IMG/VR virus record: IMGVR_UViG_2718218211_000001
Coordinates: 1-64,000 of that record
DNA: 64,000 nt
Source: a virus
Lineage: Duplodnaviria > Caudoviricetes
Reading direction: 5' to 3' (one strand)
The notes under the pieces are model-generated. The model was given only the letters and a program-made list of their open reading frames with translations. It was not told the DNA's origin and ran no database searches. The translations under genes and the position numbers were made by a program. Below are positions 17,457-27,820 of the stretch, piece by piece. Every line of letters begins with the position of its first letter. Within the stretch, counting starts at the first letter, position 1.

Positions 17457-18151
17457 GTCTATGGAAAACCCCCAGCTAGGCTGGGGGTTCCGGAAAGCTT
17501 TCAGCTTTAAGTCAGTTATTAAAACCCCTTTTGATTTGTTAAAACATCTTGCGGTCTGGCAACTGCAAAAGTTCAACAAGAAATCAAAAGGGGGTCCCAA
17601 TGGGGGACGAAAAGAGCTTAGCGCACACCCGATGGAACTGTAAATATCACATAGTTTTCGCGCCCAAATACCGAAGACAAGCGTTCTATGGAGAGAAGCA
17701 AAGGGCAGTAGGCAGCATATTAAGAAAATTGTGTGAATGGAAAAACGTACGAATTCTGGAAGCGGAATGTTGTGCAGATCATATTCACATGCTTCTGGAG
17801 ATCCCGCCGAAGATGAGTGTGTCGAGCTTCATGGGATATCTGAAGGGTAAAAGTAGTCTGATGCTTTACGAGCAGTTTGGGGATCTAAAATTCAAATACA
17901 GGAACAGGGAGTTCTGGTGCAGAGGGTACTATGTCGATACGGTGGGTAAGAACACGGCGAAGATACAGGACTACATAAAGCACCAGCTTGAAGAGGATAA
18001 AATGGGTGAGCAATTCGGGCAGCCCGTTTACGGGCCGTAAGTAACGAAGTTTGATGCAAATGTCAGATCGTATGCGCCTGTTAGGGCGCGGCTGGTAAGA
18101 GAGCCTTACAGGCGCATCAGAAAAACCTCCGGCTATGCCGGAGGATATTTA
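17457..18151 (+). mobile_element. IS200
   Basis: Left-end hairpin AACCCCCAGCTAGGCTGGGGGTT, right-end CCTCCGGCTATGCCGGAGG, tnpA inside. Confidence 0.95.
17600..18040 (+). CDS. tnpA: IS200 Y1 transposase, C-terminus frameshifted
   Basis: MGDEKSLAHTRWNCKYH, HUH motif DHIH, catalytic DYIKHQ; ends FGQPVYGP rather than the recalled LSIPYPGSPFTGRK. Confidence 0.9.
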   Translation: MGDEKSLAHTRWNCKYHIVFAPKYRRQAFYGEKQRAVGSILRKLCEWKNVRILEAECCADHIHMLLEIPPKMSVSSFMGYLKGKSSLMLYEQFGDLKFKYRNREFWCRGYYVDTVGKNTAKIQDYIKHQLEEDKMGEQFGQPVYGP

Positions 18152-18201
18152 TTTATTCCCCTCATTTCTGAGAGGGCTCACAGCAATTAAGAGGGGGCTT
18201 A

Positions 18202-18588
18202 ATGTCCGATCCGATTTCCGGTACTGGGCTGGCTGGTGGTGTCCTGACGGGTGCCAGTGTCTATGGATTTCTGTCCGGAACCGATTACGGCGTGGTGTTT
18301 GGCGCATTTGCCGGAGCTGTGTTTTACATTGCAACCGCAGCAGACCTGAGTGCAGCGCGCCGACTGGCATATTTTCTGGTGTCGTATATCGCGGGGATCC
18401 TTTGTTCCGGGCTGGTGGGTTCAAAGCTGGCTCAGGCTACCGGCTACAGTGATAAACCACTGGATGCCATTGGCGCCGTAATCGTTTCTGCTTTAGCCGT
18501 GAAAATCCTGACGTTCCTGAATAATCAGGATGTTGGCTCGCTGGTGGCGCTGATAACGCGCCGGGGAGGTTCAGGTGGTACAAAATGA
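18202..18588 (+). CDS. Putative holin
   Basis: Multi-TM small protein heading the lysis cassette. Confidence 0.75.
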   Translation: MSDPISGTGLAGGVLTGASVYGFLSGTDYGVVFGAFAGAVFYIATAADLSAARRLAYFLVSYIAGILCSGLVGSKLAQATGYSDKPLDAIGAVIVSALAVKILTFLNNQDVGSLVALITRRGGSGGTK

Positions 18589-18856
18589 CCCATCGGCAAC
18601 TTTAAATGCATTGCTTTGCGCTGGGGTAGTGCTGACCCTGATGTTTTATCGTCGTGGCGATTCGCGACATCGACCATGGATATCTCGCTTGGCGTGGCTG
18701 CTTACGGTCATCTACAGCGCAGTTCCGCTGGCATATCTGTGCGGTATCTACCCTTATTCATCGTGGGCCACTATCGGGGCCAACATTATTTTCCTGTCTG
18801 TGCTGGTCGCCGTCAGAGGCAACGTGGCACGCCTGGTTGATCATCTGAGGCAATAA
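18575..18856 (+). CDS. Second holin-family membrane protein
   Basis: 3 TM segments, RGNVARL C-terminus. Confidence 0.75.
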   Translation: MVQNDPSATLNALLCAGVVLTLMFYRRGDSRHRPWISRLAWLLTVIYSAVPLAYLCGIYPYSSWATIGANIIFLSVLVAVRGNVARLVDHLRQ

Positions 18857-19470
18857 TGAACCAATCACAATTTCAGCAGGCGGCTGGTATCAGCGCCGGG
18901 CTTTCTGCACGCTGGTTTCCGCACATTGATGCGGCAATGAAAGAGTTTGGCATTACAGCTACGAACGATCTGGCTATGTTCATCGCCCAGGTTGGGCATG
19001 AGTCTGCTGGTTTTACCTCGCTGGTGGAAAGCTTCAACTACTCGGTAGAGGGGCTGAAGAAAACCTTTGGTAAACGCCTTACTCCTTATCAGTGTGAAAT
19101 GCTGGGTCGTGTCGATGGTAAGCAGGTGGCCCACCAGCCACAAATAGCCAATCTGGTGTACGGTGACCGCATGGGGAATAACAGCCAAGGTGATGGCTGG
19201 AAATATCGCGGTCGTGGCCTGCTTCAAATCACTGGCCGCGAGAACTACGCCAAATGCGGTGCGGCGCTGAAGCTGGATCTGATCAGCACACCAGAGTTGC
19301 TGACGCAGGAGAAGCATGCTGCCCGTTCAGCGGCATGGTACTTCACGTTACGCGGTTGTTTCCTCCATTCGGGGGATGTGGAACGCGTCACGCAGATTAT
19401 TAACGGCGGGCAGAACGGCATTAAAGACCGCCGTGAACGTTACGCTAAAGCTAAAGCCGCACTGGTGTGA
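18856..19470 (+). CDS. Endolysin, glycoside hydrolase family 19
   Basis: FIAQVGHES, YRGRGLLQITG, INGG motifs. Confidence 0.92.
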   Translation: MNQSQFQQAAGISAGLSARWFPHIDAAMKEFGITATNDLAMFIAQVGHESAGFTSLVESFNYSVEGLKKTFGKRLTPYQCEMLGRVDGKQVAHQPQIANLVYGDRMGNNSQGDGWKYRGRGLLQITGRENYAKCGAALKLDLISTPELLTQEKHAARSAAWYFTLRGCFLHSGDVERVTQIINGGQNGIKDRRERYAKAKAALV

Positions 19471-19477
19471 GGTCACT

Positions 19478-19747
19478 ATGGGACTTGAAATGATTATCGG
19501 CCTGGTCGTTGCTGTGCTGGCTGCAATTGCCGGTGCTTTTGGTCTGGGTAAATCACGCGGTACTAACATCGCTGAGACAAAAGCGAACCAGCAACGCACT
19601 GAAGAACGTGCAGCAGCTACTGAAGCGGTAGCCGAACGCCGGGTAGAAACAACAAAAGGAGCCAGGGATGTACAGCAGACTGTTAATCATCTTCCTGATG
19701 ACGATGTTGACCGCGAGTTGCGCGAAAGATATACCCGCAAAACCTGA
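19478..19747 (+). CDS. i-spanin (Rz-like)
   Basis: N-terminal TM plus coiled coil after the endolysin. Confidence 0.75.
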   Translation: MGLEMIIGLVVAVLAAIAGAFGLGKSRGTNIAETKANQQRTEERAAATEAVAERRVETTKGARDVQQTVNHLPDDDVDRELRERYTRKT

Positions 19748-19910
19748 AGTAACGGACACGGCCTGTGACTGGGTAAGCATCATCTACCTCACTGAGCACG
19801 ATATTGCCGTGCTGGATAAACAGACGAAGCGGGACATATTGGCGCACAACAAATCAGTGCAGGCTAACTGCATGAAGGAGCCAGGTCGTGAACGTAGAGA
19901 ACCTAAGTAA
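19668..19910 (+). CDS. o-spanin lipoprotein (Rz1-like)
   Basis: Lipobox LTASC; overlaps the i-spanin in another frame. Confidence 0.75.
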   Translation: MYSRLLIIFLMTMLTASCAKDIPAKPEVTDTACDWVSIIYLTEHDIAVLDKQTKRDILAHNKSVQANCMKEPGRERREPK

Positions 19911-20118
19911 CGCGCATTACATCTATAACGAGATGAAAGAGTTACAGCGACAGAAAGGCATACTGGAAAGCGGTGCCGGGCTTGGGGTGACAATCCAGTC
20001 GACCTATCAGGATAATGCCTTTCTTGATGCTATCCGCCCGCATGCAGTGGCTGAACTTAATCGCCGGATTGAGGAAAAGAAAGCCGTGCTGGTTAGTTTT
20101 GGCATCTCATTCACTTAA
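19888..20118 (+). CDS. Hypothetical protein
   Basis: 76 aa ORF overlapping the o-spanin end, with RBS. Confidence 0.55.
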   Translation: MNVENLSNAHYIYNEMKELQRQKGILESGAGLGVTIQSTYQDNAFLDAIRPHAVAELNRRIEEKKAVLVSFGISFT

Positions 20119-20209
20119 GAAGCCTGCATGTGGGCATGTCGAGCTGTAGCGCGTCCGGATGCTGGCTGTTAGCCATTAAAAAGCTCACCAGAAGGTGAGC
20201 TTGATAATG

Positions 20210-20590
20210 TTATACCTGGAGCATGCCTATCAAATGTTTTATAGCTGGCCAAATAGTCAAAGTATTTGCACCTAATGAAACCAGAGTCTCGATATAGTCT
20301 AAAGGGGATTTAGATTGTTCTCGCACTATGCTTTCAAGTAATTCAACGATTTCTTTGTGATTTTTATCACCAACTTTTTCGGCGATCTCATTGCTAGAAG
20401 CATGAACTAACTTCATGGTTTCATAATATGCATTTAATACTTGCTCAGAAAAGTGTCTATTTTCGTTGACTGCTATTCCTTTGGAATCGATGATGTCAAA
20501 TCCAACATCTGAACCGTACGACATGTTTCCAGTAAAACTGCAATTTTCACAGTTAGTTGCACGAAACGAAACTGTTTTTTTTGAGTCCAT
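20210..20590 (-). CDS. AT-rich antisense-oriented moron protein
   Basis: RBS GAGGGG; terminator AAGCTCACC-agaa-GGTGAGCTT at ~20181-20202. Confidence 0.7.
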   Translation of the reverse strand: MDSKKTVSFRATNCENCSFTGNMSYGSDVGFDIIDSKGIAVNENRHFSEQVLNAYYETMKLVHASSNEIAEKVGDKNHKEIVELLESIVREQSKSPLDYIETLVSLGANTLTIWPAIKHLIGMLQV

Positions 20591-20833
20591 AAAATCCCCT
20601 CTCGTTTAATTTCAATACACCAATAAACATTATACGGGGCTTTCTATGAGAACTGGACTGCTTATTTTTAAAGTTAATGATATGCCTCACTGAGGCAGGG
20701 ATATTTCATGCGCTTCGCACGCGCAAACCAAAGAGAGTCTTTCAGTAGTGAGCCTGGGTGATGCCGTTAGGTTGCGTTTACCTCTCGGGCGGCATTGCCG
20801 TGCGACAGGCTCACGCCTAAAAGGAAACGTATC

Positions 20834-21360
20834 ATGAGTAACGAAATCATTACGCTATCTGGCGCTGCAATAGACGTAATGTATGCCTTTTTTTTCGCGG
20901 TGCTCATCAGTCTGGTGATCTGCCGTCCAATTCAGGTATGGGTGAACTGCGCGAACTGGGATTAGTTAACTCCATGTCTGCTCCACCGCAGTTTCCAGTT
21001 AGCGGATTCTTAACCTTTCTCACACCAGAAGGTGTGAAATTAGCTAGGAATTACTTTAAAGGGAATCCGTCATTTATAGTTAAAGATGGCGAGGTCTTTA
21101 TTAACAGCGCAATGGTTAACGAGGCCACGATCAGTTCGTATGCATTCCACCAGGAGCAGCACACAGCCGGCATTGATACCAATCTCGAAGCGGTGCTCGA
21201 AAATGTGCTGAAAAACGCTGCTGAATGTGCGGCGCGTGATGTCGCAAAGCAGGTGGCGGCAGACAAGAAAGCAATGGATGAATTAACTTCCCATATCCGC
21301 AAAGCCATCATGATGGAATGTTTACCCGGTGGCGTTATCTGGCGGCAGTGTCGTCGATAG
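20834..21360 (+). pseudogene. Hypothetical pre-cos gene with a probable -1 frameshift at T8 (20888-20895)
   Basis: ATG 20834 with RBS AAGGA; adding one T joins it to ORF 20938-21360. Confidence 0.55.
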
Positions 21361-21414
21361 TGTGCAATTGATAATTATTATCAAAAGGTACTCCCGGAGG
21401 GGGACCCTGCCACG

Positions 21415-21426
21415 GGGCGGCGTGCT
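21415..21426 (+). other. cosN-like cohesive end site
   Basis: ACG|GGGCGGCGTGCT|CGCGG versus lambda GGGCGGCGACCT; just upstream of terS. Confidence 0.75.
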
Positions 21427-21543
21427 CGCGGAAAACGGCTAGTTTTTCGGATCTAAGGTCATCATCATCATTTGCACAGGTTATTGATCTCATTAGAGGC
21501 GATTTCGTGCAGATGTCGAATCGTTTAAAAAGTGTTCACCATC

Positions 21544-22032
21544 ATGGACCAGGAAATTGCCGCTTTAAAACTGAACATCAACCAGCTGGCGGGGATCACT
21601 GGCGTACACCGTCAGACGGTTGCTGCCAGGCTGAAAAATATTGAACCGGCACCAGGTAGCAACAGCAAATTAAAGCTTTACCTGATCACCGACATTCTGA
21701 CCGAACTGATGATCCCTACTGTGTCAGCCAATATCGATGACATGCCGCCATCGGACAGGCTTTCCCACTGGAAAGCTGAGAATGAGCGACTTAAGTTTGA
21801 GCAGGACACGGGGCAGCTCATTCCCGCCGATGAAGTTGCGCGAGAATTCTCATTGATGGCGAAAGCCGTCGTCATGGTACTTGAAACCCTCCCTGATGTA
21901 CTTGAGCGTGACTGTGCATTAACGCCTGTTGCGGTTTCTCGCGTGCAGAGCGTTATCGATGACCTGCGCGATCAGATGGCGGAGAGGGTACGGGATGCTG
22001 AAGAAGAGGAGGAAGAGCCAGAGGAGGACTGA
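21544..22032 (+). CDS. Terminase small subunit (DUF1441)
   Basis: wHTH N-terminus, LETLPDVLERDC motif, upstream of terL. Confidence 0.85.
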   Translation: MDQEIAALKLNINQLAGITGVHRQTVAARLKNIEPAPGSNSKLKLYLITDILTELMIPTVSANIDDMPPSDRLSHWKAENERLKFEQDTGQLIPADEVAREFSLMAKAVVMVLETLPDVLERDCALTPVAVSRVQSVIDDLRDQMAERVRDAEEEEEEPEED

Positions 22033-24134
22033 TGGCAAAGCGGGCATCCGCCAGAGGCATCCGCCGCGATGTTTCCGGTATCTTACGTGCCCCGCGTCGA
22101 ATGCAGGTGGCCGATGCGGTCAGTACTTATATGCGTGTGCCAATGGGGGCGGGTAACTCCGTTCCATGGGATCCGGATCTGGCACCTTACGTGATTGAAC
22201 CGATGAACTGCCTGGCATCGCGTGAATATGACGCAGTGGTGTTTGTTGGTCCGGCGCGAACCGGTAAAACCATTGGTCTGATTGATGGCTGGATTGTTTA
22301 CAACGTTGTCTGTGATCCGGCTGATATGCTCCTGATTCAGATGACTGAGGAAAAGGCGCGCGAGCACTCCAAAAAGCGTCTTGATCGTACATTCCGTTGC
22401 AGCCCTGAAGTGAAATCCCGACTGAGCCCGCGGCGTAACGATAACAACGTATATGATCGCACGTTTCGTGCCGGGAACTACCTGAAAATCGGCTGGCCAT
22501 CGGTCAATATTATGTCCTCATCGGACTATAAATGCGTGGCACTGACCGATTATGACCGTTTCCCGGAAGACATTGACGGGGAAGGTGACGCCTTTTCACT
22601 GGCATCAAAGCGAACCACAACGTTCATGTCATCAGGTATGACACTGGTTGAGAGTTCGCCGGGCCGCGATATACGTGACACAAAATGGCGCCGTAGCTCA
22701 CCACATGAAGCACCTCCCTCAACGGGGATTCTGGCGCTGTACAACCGTGGTGATCGCCGTCGCCTTTACTGGCCGTGCCCACATTGCGGTGAATATTTCC
22801 AACCTGAAATGGACAACATGACAGGTTACCGCGATATCGCGGACCCTGTTCAGGCGAGCGAGAAAGCGAGTCTTCAATGCCCTGCCTGTAAAGATCACAT
22901 CACACCGGATATGAAGCGTTCGCTGAATATGAAAGGCGTGTGGCTGCGCGATGGGCAAACCATCGACAGCGATGGTGTTATCACTGGAGAAGGGCGCCGC
23001 TCGCGCATTGCCTCCTTCTGGATGGAAGGACCCGCCGCCGCGTACCAGACCTGGGCGCAGCTCATCTATAAATTTCTTACTGCCGAGCAGGACTATCAGG
23101 CCACCGGCAGCGAGGAAGCACTGAAGACGGTAATCAACACAGACTTTGGGCGTCCGTACCTTCCCCGATCCAGCATGGATCAGCGTAAAAGTGAATTGCT
23201 TGAGCAGCGTGCGGAGGATGTACCAAAGCGCTCTGTTCCGGACGGGGTTTGTTTTCTTATGGCGACCGTCGACGTTCAGGCGGGGCGCAACCGACGTTTT
23301 GTTGTTCAGATTACTGGTTACGGCAGCATGGGAGAGCGCTGGCTGGTGGACCGCTACAACATCCGGCAGTCGATGCGCCATGACGCCAATGGTGAGAGCC
23401 AGCAGATTGACCCGGCAAGCTATCCGGAAGACTGGGATTTATTGCTGACCGATGCGTTTAACAAAGCCTGGCCATTGGCATCGGATCCGACCCGGTGTAT
23501 GCGGCTGATGGCGATGGCCGTTGACTCCGGCGGTGAGGATGGTGTGACCGACAACGCTTATAAATTCTGGCGTAAGTGCCGTCGGGAGGGACTCGGAAAA
23601 CAGGTTTATCTGTTCAAAGGCGACAGTGTCCGCCGATCAAAACTCATCTCCAGAACCTTTCCTGATAATACCGGACGCTCAAGCCGACGAGCACAGGCTT
23701 CTGGTGATGTCCCGCTTTACCTGCTCCAGACCGATGCTCTGAAAGACAGGGTGAACAACGCTTTGTGGCGTGATTCACCTGGCCCTGGCTATGTGCATTT
23801 CCCTGACTGGCTCGGCAGCTGGTTTTACGATGAACTGACCTATGAGGAGCGTTCGACCGATGGTAAATGGAGTAAGCCGGGACGTGGTGCAAATGAAGCA
23901 TTTGATCTGCTGGTCTACGCTGATGCGCTCGCCATCCTCCACGGCTACGAGAAAATCAAATGGCCCGCTGCTCCTGAGTGGGCGAGGCGGGAAACCTGGC
24001 TGGAGAACGCGCCACCGGAAGCTGGCGAAACGTCATCCCAGACACCAGAACCAGTACCCACCAAAAAACGGAAGCGGAAAAATCCCGTAACCGATGATGC
24101 TAACCCTTGGAGTACTTCAGGAGGATGGTTGTGA
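22032..24134 (+). CDS. Terminase large subunit (GpA family)
   Basis: Walker A GPARTGKT, CPHCGE, NEAFDLLVY. Confidence 0.93.
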   Translation: MAKRASARGIRRDVSGILRAPRRMQVADAVSTYMRVPMGAGNSVPWDPDLAPYVIEPMNCLASREYDAVVFVGPARTGKTIGLIDGWIVYNVVCDPADMLLIQMTEEKAREHSKKRLDRTFRCSPEVKSRLSPRRNDNNVYDRTFRAGNYLKIGWPSVNIMSSSDYKCVALTDYDRFPEDIDGEGDAFSLASKRTTTFMSSGMTLVESSPGRDIRDTKWRRSSPHEAPPSTGILALYNRGDRRRLYWPCPHCGEYFQPEMDNMTGYRDIADPVQASEKASLQCPACKDHITPDMKRSLNMKGVWLRDGQTIDSDGVITGEGRRSRIASFWMEGPAAAYQTWAQLIYKFLTAEQDYQATGSEEALKTVINTDFGRPYLPRSSMDQRKSELLEQRAEDVPKRSVPDGVCFLMATVDVQAGRNRRFVVQITGYGSMGERWLVDRYNIRQSMRHDANGESQQIDPASYPEDWDLLLTDAFNKAWPLASDPTRCMRLMAMAVDSGGEDGVTDNAYKFWRKCRREGLGKQVYLFKGDSVRRSKLISRTFPDNTGRSSRRAQASGDVPLYLLQTDALKDRVNNALWRDSPGPGYVHFPDWLGSWFYDELTYEERSTDGKWSKPGRGANEAFDLLVYADALAILHGYEKIKWPAAPEWARRETWLENAPPEAGETSSQTPEPVPTKKRKRKNPVTDDANPWSTSGGWL

Positions 24135-24346
24135 ACCGTGTTGATATTGAAGCCATGATCCAGCGTTATACCGAAGCCGAGATGGCGGTGCTGGATGGCA
24201 AAACTATCCGTTTCAATGGGCAGGAAATGACGATGGAGAACCTGTCGGAAATCCGTAAAGGGCGGCAGGAGTGGGAGCGTCGTCTCTCTTCTCTTATTTC
24301 TCATCGCCGCGGGCGACCCGGTTACCGACTGGCGAGGTTTGAATGA
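24131..24346 (+). CDS. Head-tail joining protein (gpW position)
   Basis: Small ORF between terL and portal. Confidence 0.7.
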   Translation: MNRVDIEAMIQRYTEAEMAVLDGKTIRFNGQEMTMENLSEIRKGRQEWERRLSSLISHRRGRPGYRLARFE

Positions 24347-25851
24347 GCCTTTTAGATGATGCGATTGGTGTCTTTTCGCCTGGCTGGAAAGCCGCCCGTC
24401 TGCAGGCGCGCGCGAAAATCAGGGCATATGAAGCCGTTACCCCGACCAGAACGCATAAGGGGCGCCGTGAAAACCGTTCTGCAGATCAGCTCAGCAAAAT
24501 GGGGGCCGTATCATTGCGGGAGCAGGCCCGGTGGCTCGATAACAACCACGATCTGGTGATTGGGGTGTTCGATAAGCTTGAAGAACGGGTGGTGGGGAAA
24601 GCCGGAATTATTGTTGAACCCCATCCCAAACTGATGAACGGTAAAATCGCCAAAAAGCTGGCCGATCAGATCCGTAGTAAATGGGCAGAATGGTCTGTCA
24701 GGCCAGATGTCACGAACCAGTTTACCCGTCCGATGCTTGAGCGCCTGATGTTGCGCACCTGGCTGCGGGATGGCGAAGTATTTGCCCAGCTTGTCAGTGG
24801 AACCGGGAATGGTCTTACGCCAGCAGCCGGTATCCCTTTCTGGCTTGAAGCGCTTGAACCCGATTTTATTCCCATGAACAGCGATGCTGCCAGCCAGCTT
24901 AATCAGGGGGTATTCGTCGACAACTGGGGTAGACCAAGGAAATATCAGGTTTATAAAAGCCTGCCCGTTTCAGGCCGTCAGCTTGATACCAAAGAAGTTG
25001 ATGCGGAAAACATGCTGCATCTTAAATTTGTCCGCCGTCTGCACCAGACCCGGGGCGTATCGATGCTGTCCGGCGTACTGATGCGCCTGAGCGCACTCAA
25101 AGAATATGAAGACGCCGAGCTCACCGCCGCACGTATTGCTGCTGCGCTGGGCATGTACATCAAAAAGGGGGACGGGCAAAGCTTCGAAGAGAGCAACACT
25201 TCTTCCGATGATGATGATCGGGAAGTGATGATTCAGCCTGGCATCATTTATGACGATCTTAAGCCAGGTGAAGATATCGGCATGGTGAAATCTGACCGGC
25301 CCAATCCTAACCTTGAAACCTTCCGTAATGGGCAACTTCGCGCTGTCGCAGCAGGCAGTCGACTCAGCTTTTCAAGCACAGCCAGAAACTACAACGGCAC
25401 CTACAGCGCGCAGCGGCAGGAACTGGTGGAATCAACAGACGGCTATCTCATTTTGCAGGACTGGTTTATTGGCGCGGTGACCCGGCCAATGTACCGCGCC
25501 TGGCTGAAAATGGCGGTGGCCGCCGGCGAGATTAAATTACCCCGCGGTCTGGATATGGAGTCGCTGTACTCGGCAGTTTATTCCGGCCCTGTTATGCCGT
25601 GGATCGATCCGGTTAAAGAGGCCAATGCCTGGAAGTTACAGATCCGGGGCGGAGCGGCAACAGAATCCGACTGGGTCCGCGCCAGCGGACGTAACCCGAA
25701 CGATGTGAAGGCGCGACGGAAGGCAGAAATCGACGAAAACAAAGAGATGGGGCTGGTGTTTGACACTGACCCTGCCAATGACAAAGGAGGCACAAGTGCC
25801 GAAGCCAAAGAGCCGGGCGCATCACCGTCCGAAAGCCAGCGCAAAAAGTAA
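24343..25851 (+). CDS. Portal protein, lambda family
   Basis: RGVSML, NGTYSAQR, PWIDPVKE motifs. Confidence 0.92.
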   Translation: MSLLDDAIGVFSPGWKAARLQARAKIRAYEAVTPTRTHKGRRENRSADQLSKMGAVSLREQARWLDNNHDLVIGVFDKLEERVVGKAGIIVEPHPKLMNGKIAKKLADQIRSKWAEWSVRPDVTNQFTRPMLERLMLRTWLRDGEVFAQLVSGTGNGLTPAAGIPFWLEALEPDFIPMNSDAASQLNQGVFVDNWGRPRKYQVYKSLPVSGRQLDTKEVDAENMLHLKFVRRLHQTRGVSMLSGVLMRLSALKEYEDAELTAARIAAALGMYIKKGDGQSFEESNTSSDDDDREVMIQPGIIYDDLKPGEDIGMVKSDRPNPNLETFRNGQLRAVAAGSRLSFSSTARNYNGTYSAQRQELVESTDGYLILQDWFIGAVTRPMYRAWLKMAVAAGEIKLPRGLDMESLYSAVYSGPVMPWIDPVKEANAWKLQIRGGAATESDWVRASGRNPNDVKARRKAEIDENKEMGLVFDTDPANDKGGTSAEAKEPGASPSESQRKK

Positions 25852-27820
25852 TTCCTGGTTCCGTATGCAGGCCAGCGCCGACAACGAAGCGGATATTTAT
25901 ATCTACGACGAGATCGGCTACTGGGGGGTGACGGCGCGCCAGTTTGTGAATGACCTGAAGGCGCTTGGCGACATTACCCATATCAACCTTCATATCAATT
26001 CGCCCGGTGGCGATGTCTTTGATGGCATCGCCATTTTTAATGCCCTGAAACATCACGGCGCAGCGATCACCGTTCACATCGATGGTCTGGCTGCTTCAAT
26101 GGCTTCGGTTATTGCGATGGTTGGCAACCCGGTCATTATGCCGGAAAACACCATGATGATGATCCACAAACCATGGGGATTCGCAGGTGGCGATGCCAAC
26201 GACATGCGGGATTATGCCGATCTGCTGGATAAGGTCGAGTCTGTCCTGATCCCGGCGTACGCGGAGAAAACAGGAAAAACGACCGAGGAAATCGCCGCCA
26301 TGCTGGACGATGAAACCTGGATGGATGGTAAAGAATGCCTGGCGCATGGCTTTGCCGATCAGGTAACTACATCTCTGCAGGCGATGGCCTGCATTCAATC
26401 AAAACGTATCGAGGACTTTGAAAAGATGCCAAACAGCATTCGTAACATGATCGCCCCGCCGCGCAATACTACCCAGCGCGAACCGCAGCAACCACAACCA
26501 CAGGTGCCGGCAACGACGACCACAGCGCCAGCGTCCACTTCTGATGAAGCCACTATCCGTGCACAGGTGCTTGCCGAGCAAAAGAACCGTGTTACCGCGA
26601 TTAACGATCTCTTTGCGATGTTCGGCGGCAAGCATCATGAGCTGCAGAATAAATGCATCGCGGATCCGGAATGCACCGTTGCACAGGCTAAAGATGAACT
26701 GCTGGCGGCGCTGGGCAAAAATGCAACCCCGTCGAATAAAACCACGGATGCGCATATTTACGCCGGGAACGGTAACTTTGTTGGCGACGGAGTTCGCCAG
26801 GCACTGATGGCGCGCGCGGGCTTCGAGAGCATGGAGCGTGATAACGTCTACAACGGTATGACGCTGCGCGAATATGCCCGTATGGCGCTGACCGAGCGCG
26901 GCATCGGCGTTTCCAGCTATAACCCGATGCAGATGGTCGGTATGGCACTGACGCACAGCACGTCTGACTTCGGCAATATCCTGCTCGACGTTGCTAATAA
27001 AGCGTTGCTTCAGGGCTGGGAGGAAGCGGCAGAAACTTTTGAGCAGTGGACCAAGAAAGGCCAGTTGTCTGACTTTAAAACGGCGCATCGTGTCGGCCTG
27101 GGTGGTTTCTCCTCCCTGCGTCAGGTACGCGAGGGGGCTGAATATAAGTATGTGACCACCAAAGATAAAGGTGAAAGCATCGCGCTGGCCACCTACGGTG
27201 AAATCTTCTCTATTACCCGTCAGGCTATCATCAACGACGATCTGAATCAGTTAACCGATGTACCTATGAAGATGGGGCGTGCGGCAAAAGGGACGATTGG
27301 CGATCTGGTATATGCCGTTCTTACCGAAAACGCGAAATTGTCTGATGGTAAGCCGCTGTTCCATGCTGATCACGGCAATATTTCCGCAGGCGCGATTTCT
27401 GTAGCCAGCCTTGATGAAGCGCGCAAGATGATGCGCCTTCAGAAAGAGGGAGAGCGTCCCCTGAATATTCGCCCGGCATTCATGCTGGTGCCAGTCGCGC
27501 TCGAAACCCTGGCAAACCAGACGATCAAGTCTGCCAGTGTGAAAGGGGCGGATATCAACGCCGGTATCATGAACCCAATTCAGAACTTTGCTGAAGTTAT
27601 CGCGGAGCCGCGTCTTGACGCCAAAGACACCAGCGCCTGGTATCTGGCCGCCGCTAAGGGCACGGACACCATCGAAGTGGCTTACCTGAACGGCGTTGAT
27701 ACTCCGTATATCGACCAGCAGGAAGGCTTCACGACCGACGGCATTGCGACCAAGGTGCGCATCGATGCTGGTGTTTCCCCTCTGGATTATCGTGGCCTGG
27801 CGAAATCTACCGGGAAATAA
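25796..27820 (+). CDS. ClpP-like prohead protease fused to major capsid protein
   Basis: INSPGGDVFDG, AASMAS, MIHKPW followed by a capsid domain. Confidence 0.9.
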   Translation: MPKPKSRAHHRPKASAKSNSWFRMQASADNEADIYIYDEIGYWGVTARQFVNDLKALGDITHINLHINSPGGDVFDGIAIFNALKHHGAAITVHIDGLAASMASVIAMVGNPVIMPENTMMMIHKPWGFAGGDANDMRDYADLLDKVESVLIPAYAEKTGKTTEEIAAMLDDETWMDGKECLAHGFADQVTTSLQAMACIQSKRIEDFEKMPNSIRNMIAPPRNTTQREPQQPQPQVPATTTTAPASTSDEATIRAQVLAEQKNRVTAINDLFAMFGGKHHELQNKCIADPECTVAQAKDELLAALGKNATPSNKTTDAHIYAGNGNFVGDGVRQALMARAGFESMERDNVYNGMTLREYARMALTERGIGVSSYNPMQMVGMALTHSTSDFGNILLDVANKALLQGWEEAAETFEQWTKKGQLSDFKTAHRVGLGGFSSLRQVREGAEYKYVTTKDKGESIALATYGEIFSITRQAIINDDLNQLTDVPMKMGRAAKGTIGDLVYAVLTENAKLSDGKPLFHADHGNISAGAISVASLDEARKMMRLQKEGERPLNIRPAFMLVPVALETLANQTIKSASVKGADINAGIMNPIQNFAEVIAEPRLDAKDTSAWYLAAAKGTDTIEVAYLNGVDTPYIDQQEGFTTDGIATKVRIDAGVSPLDYRGLAKSTGK

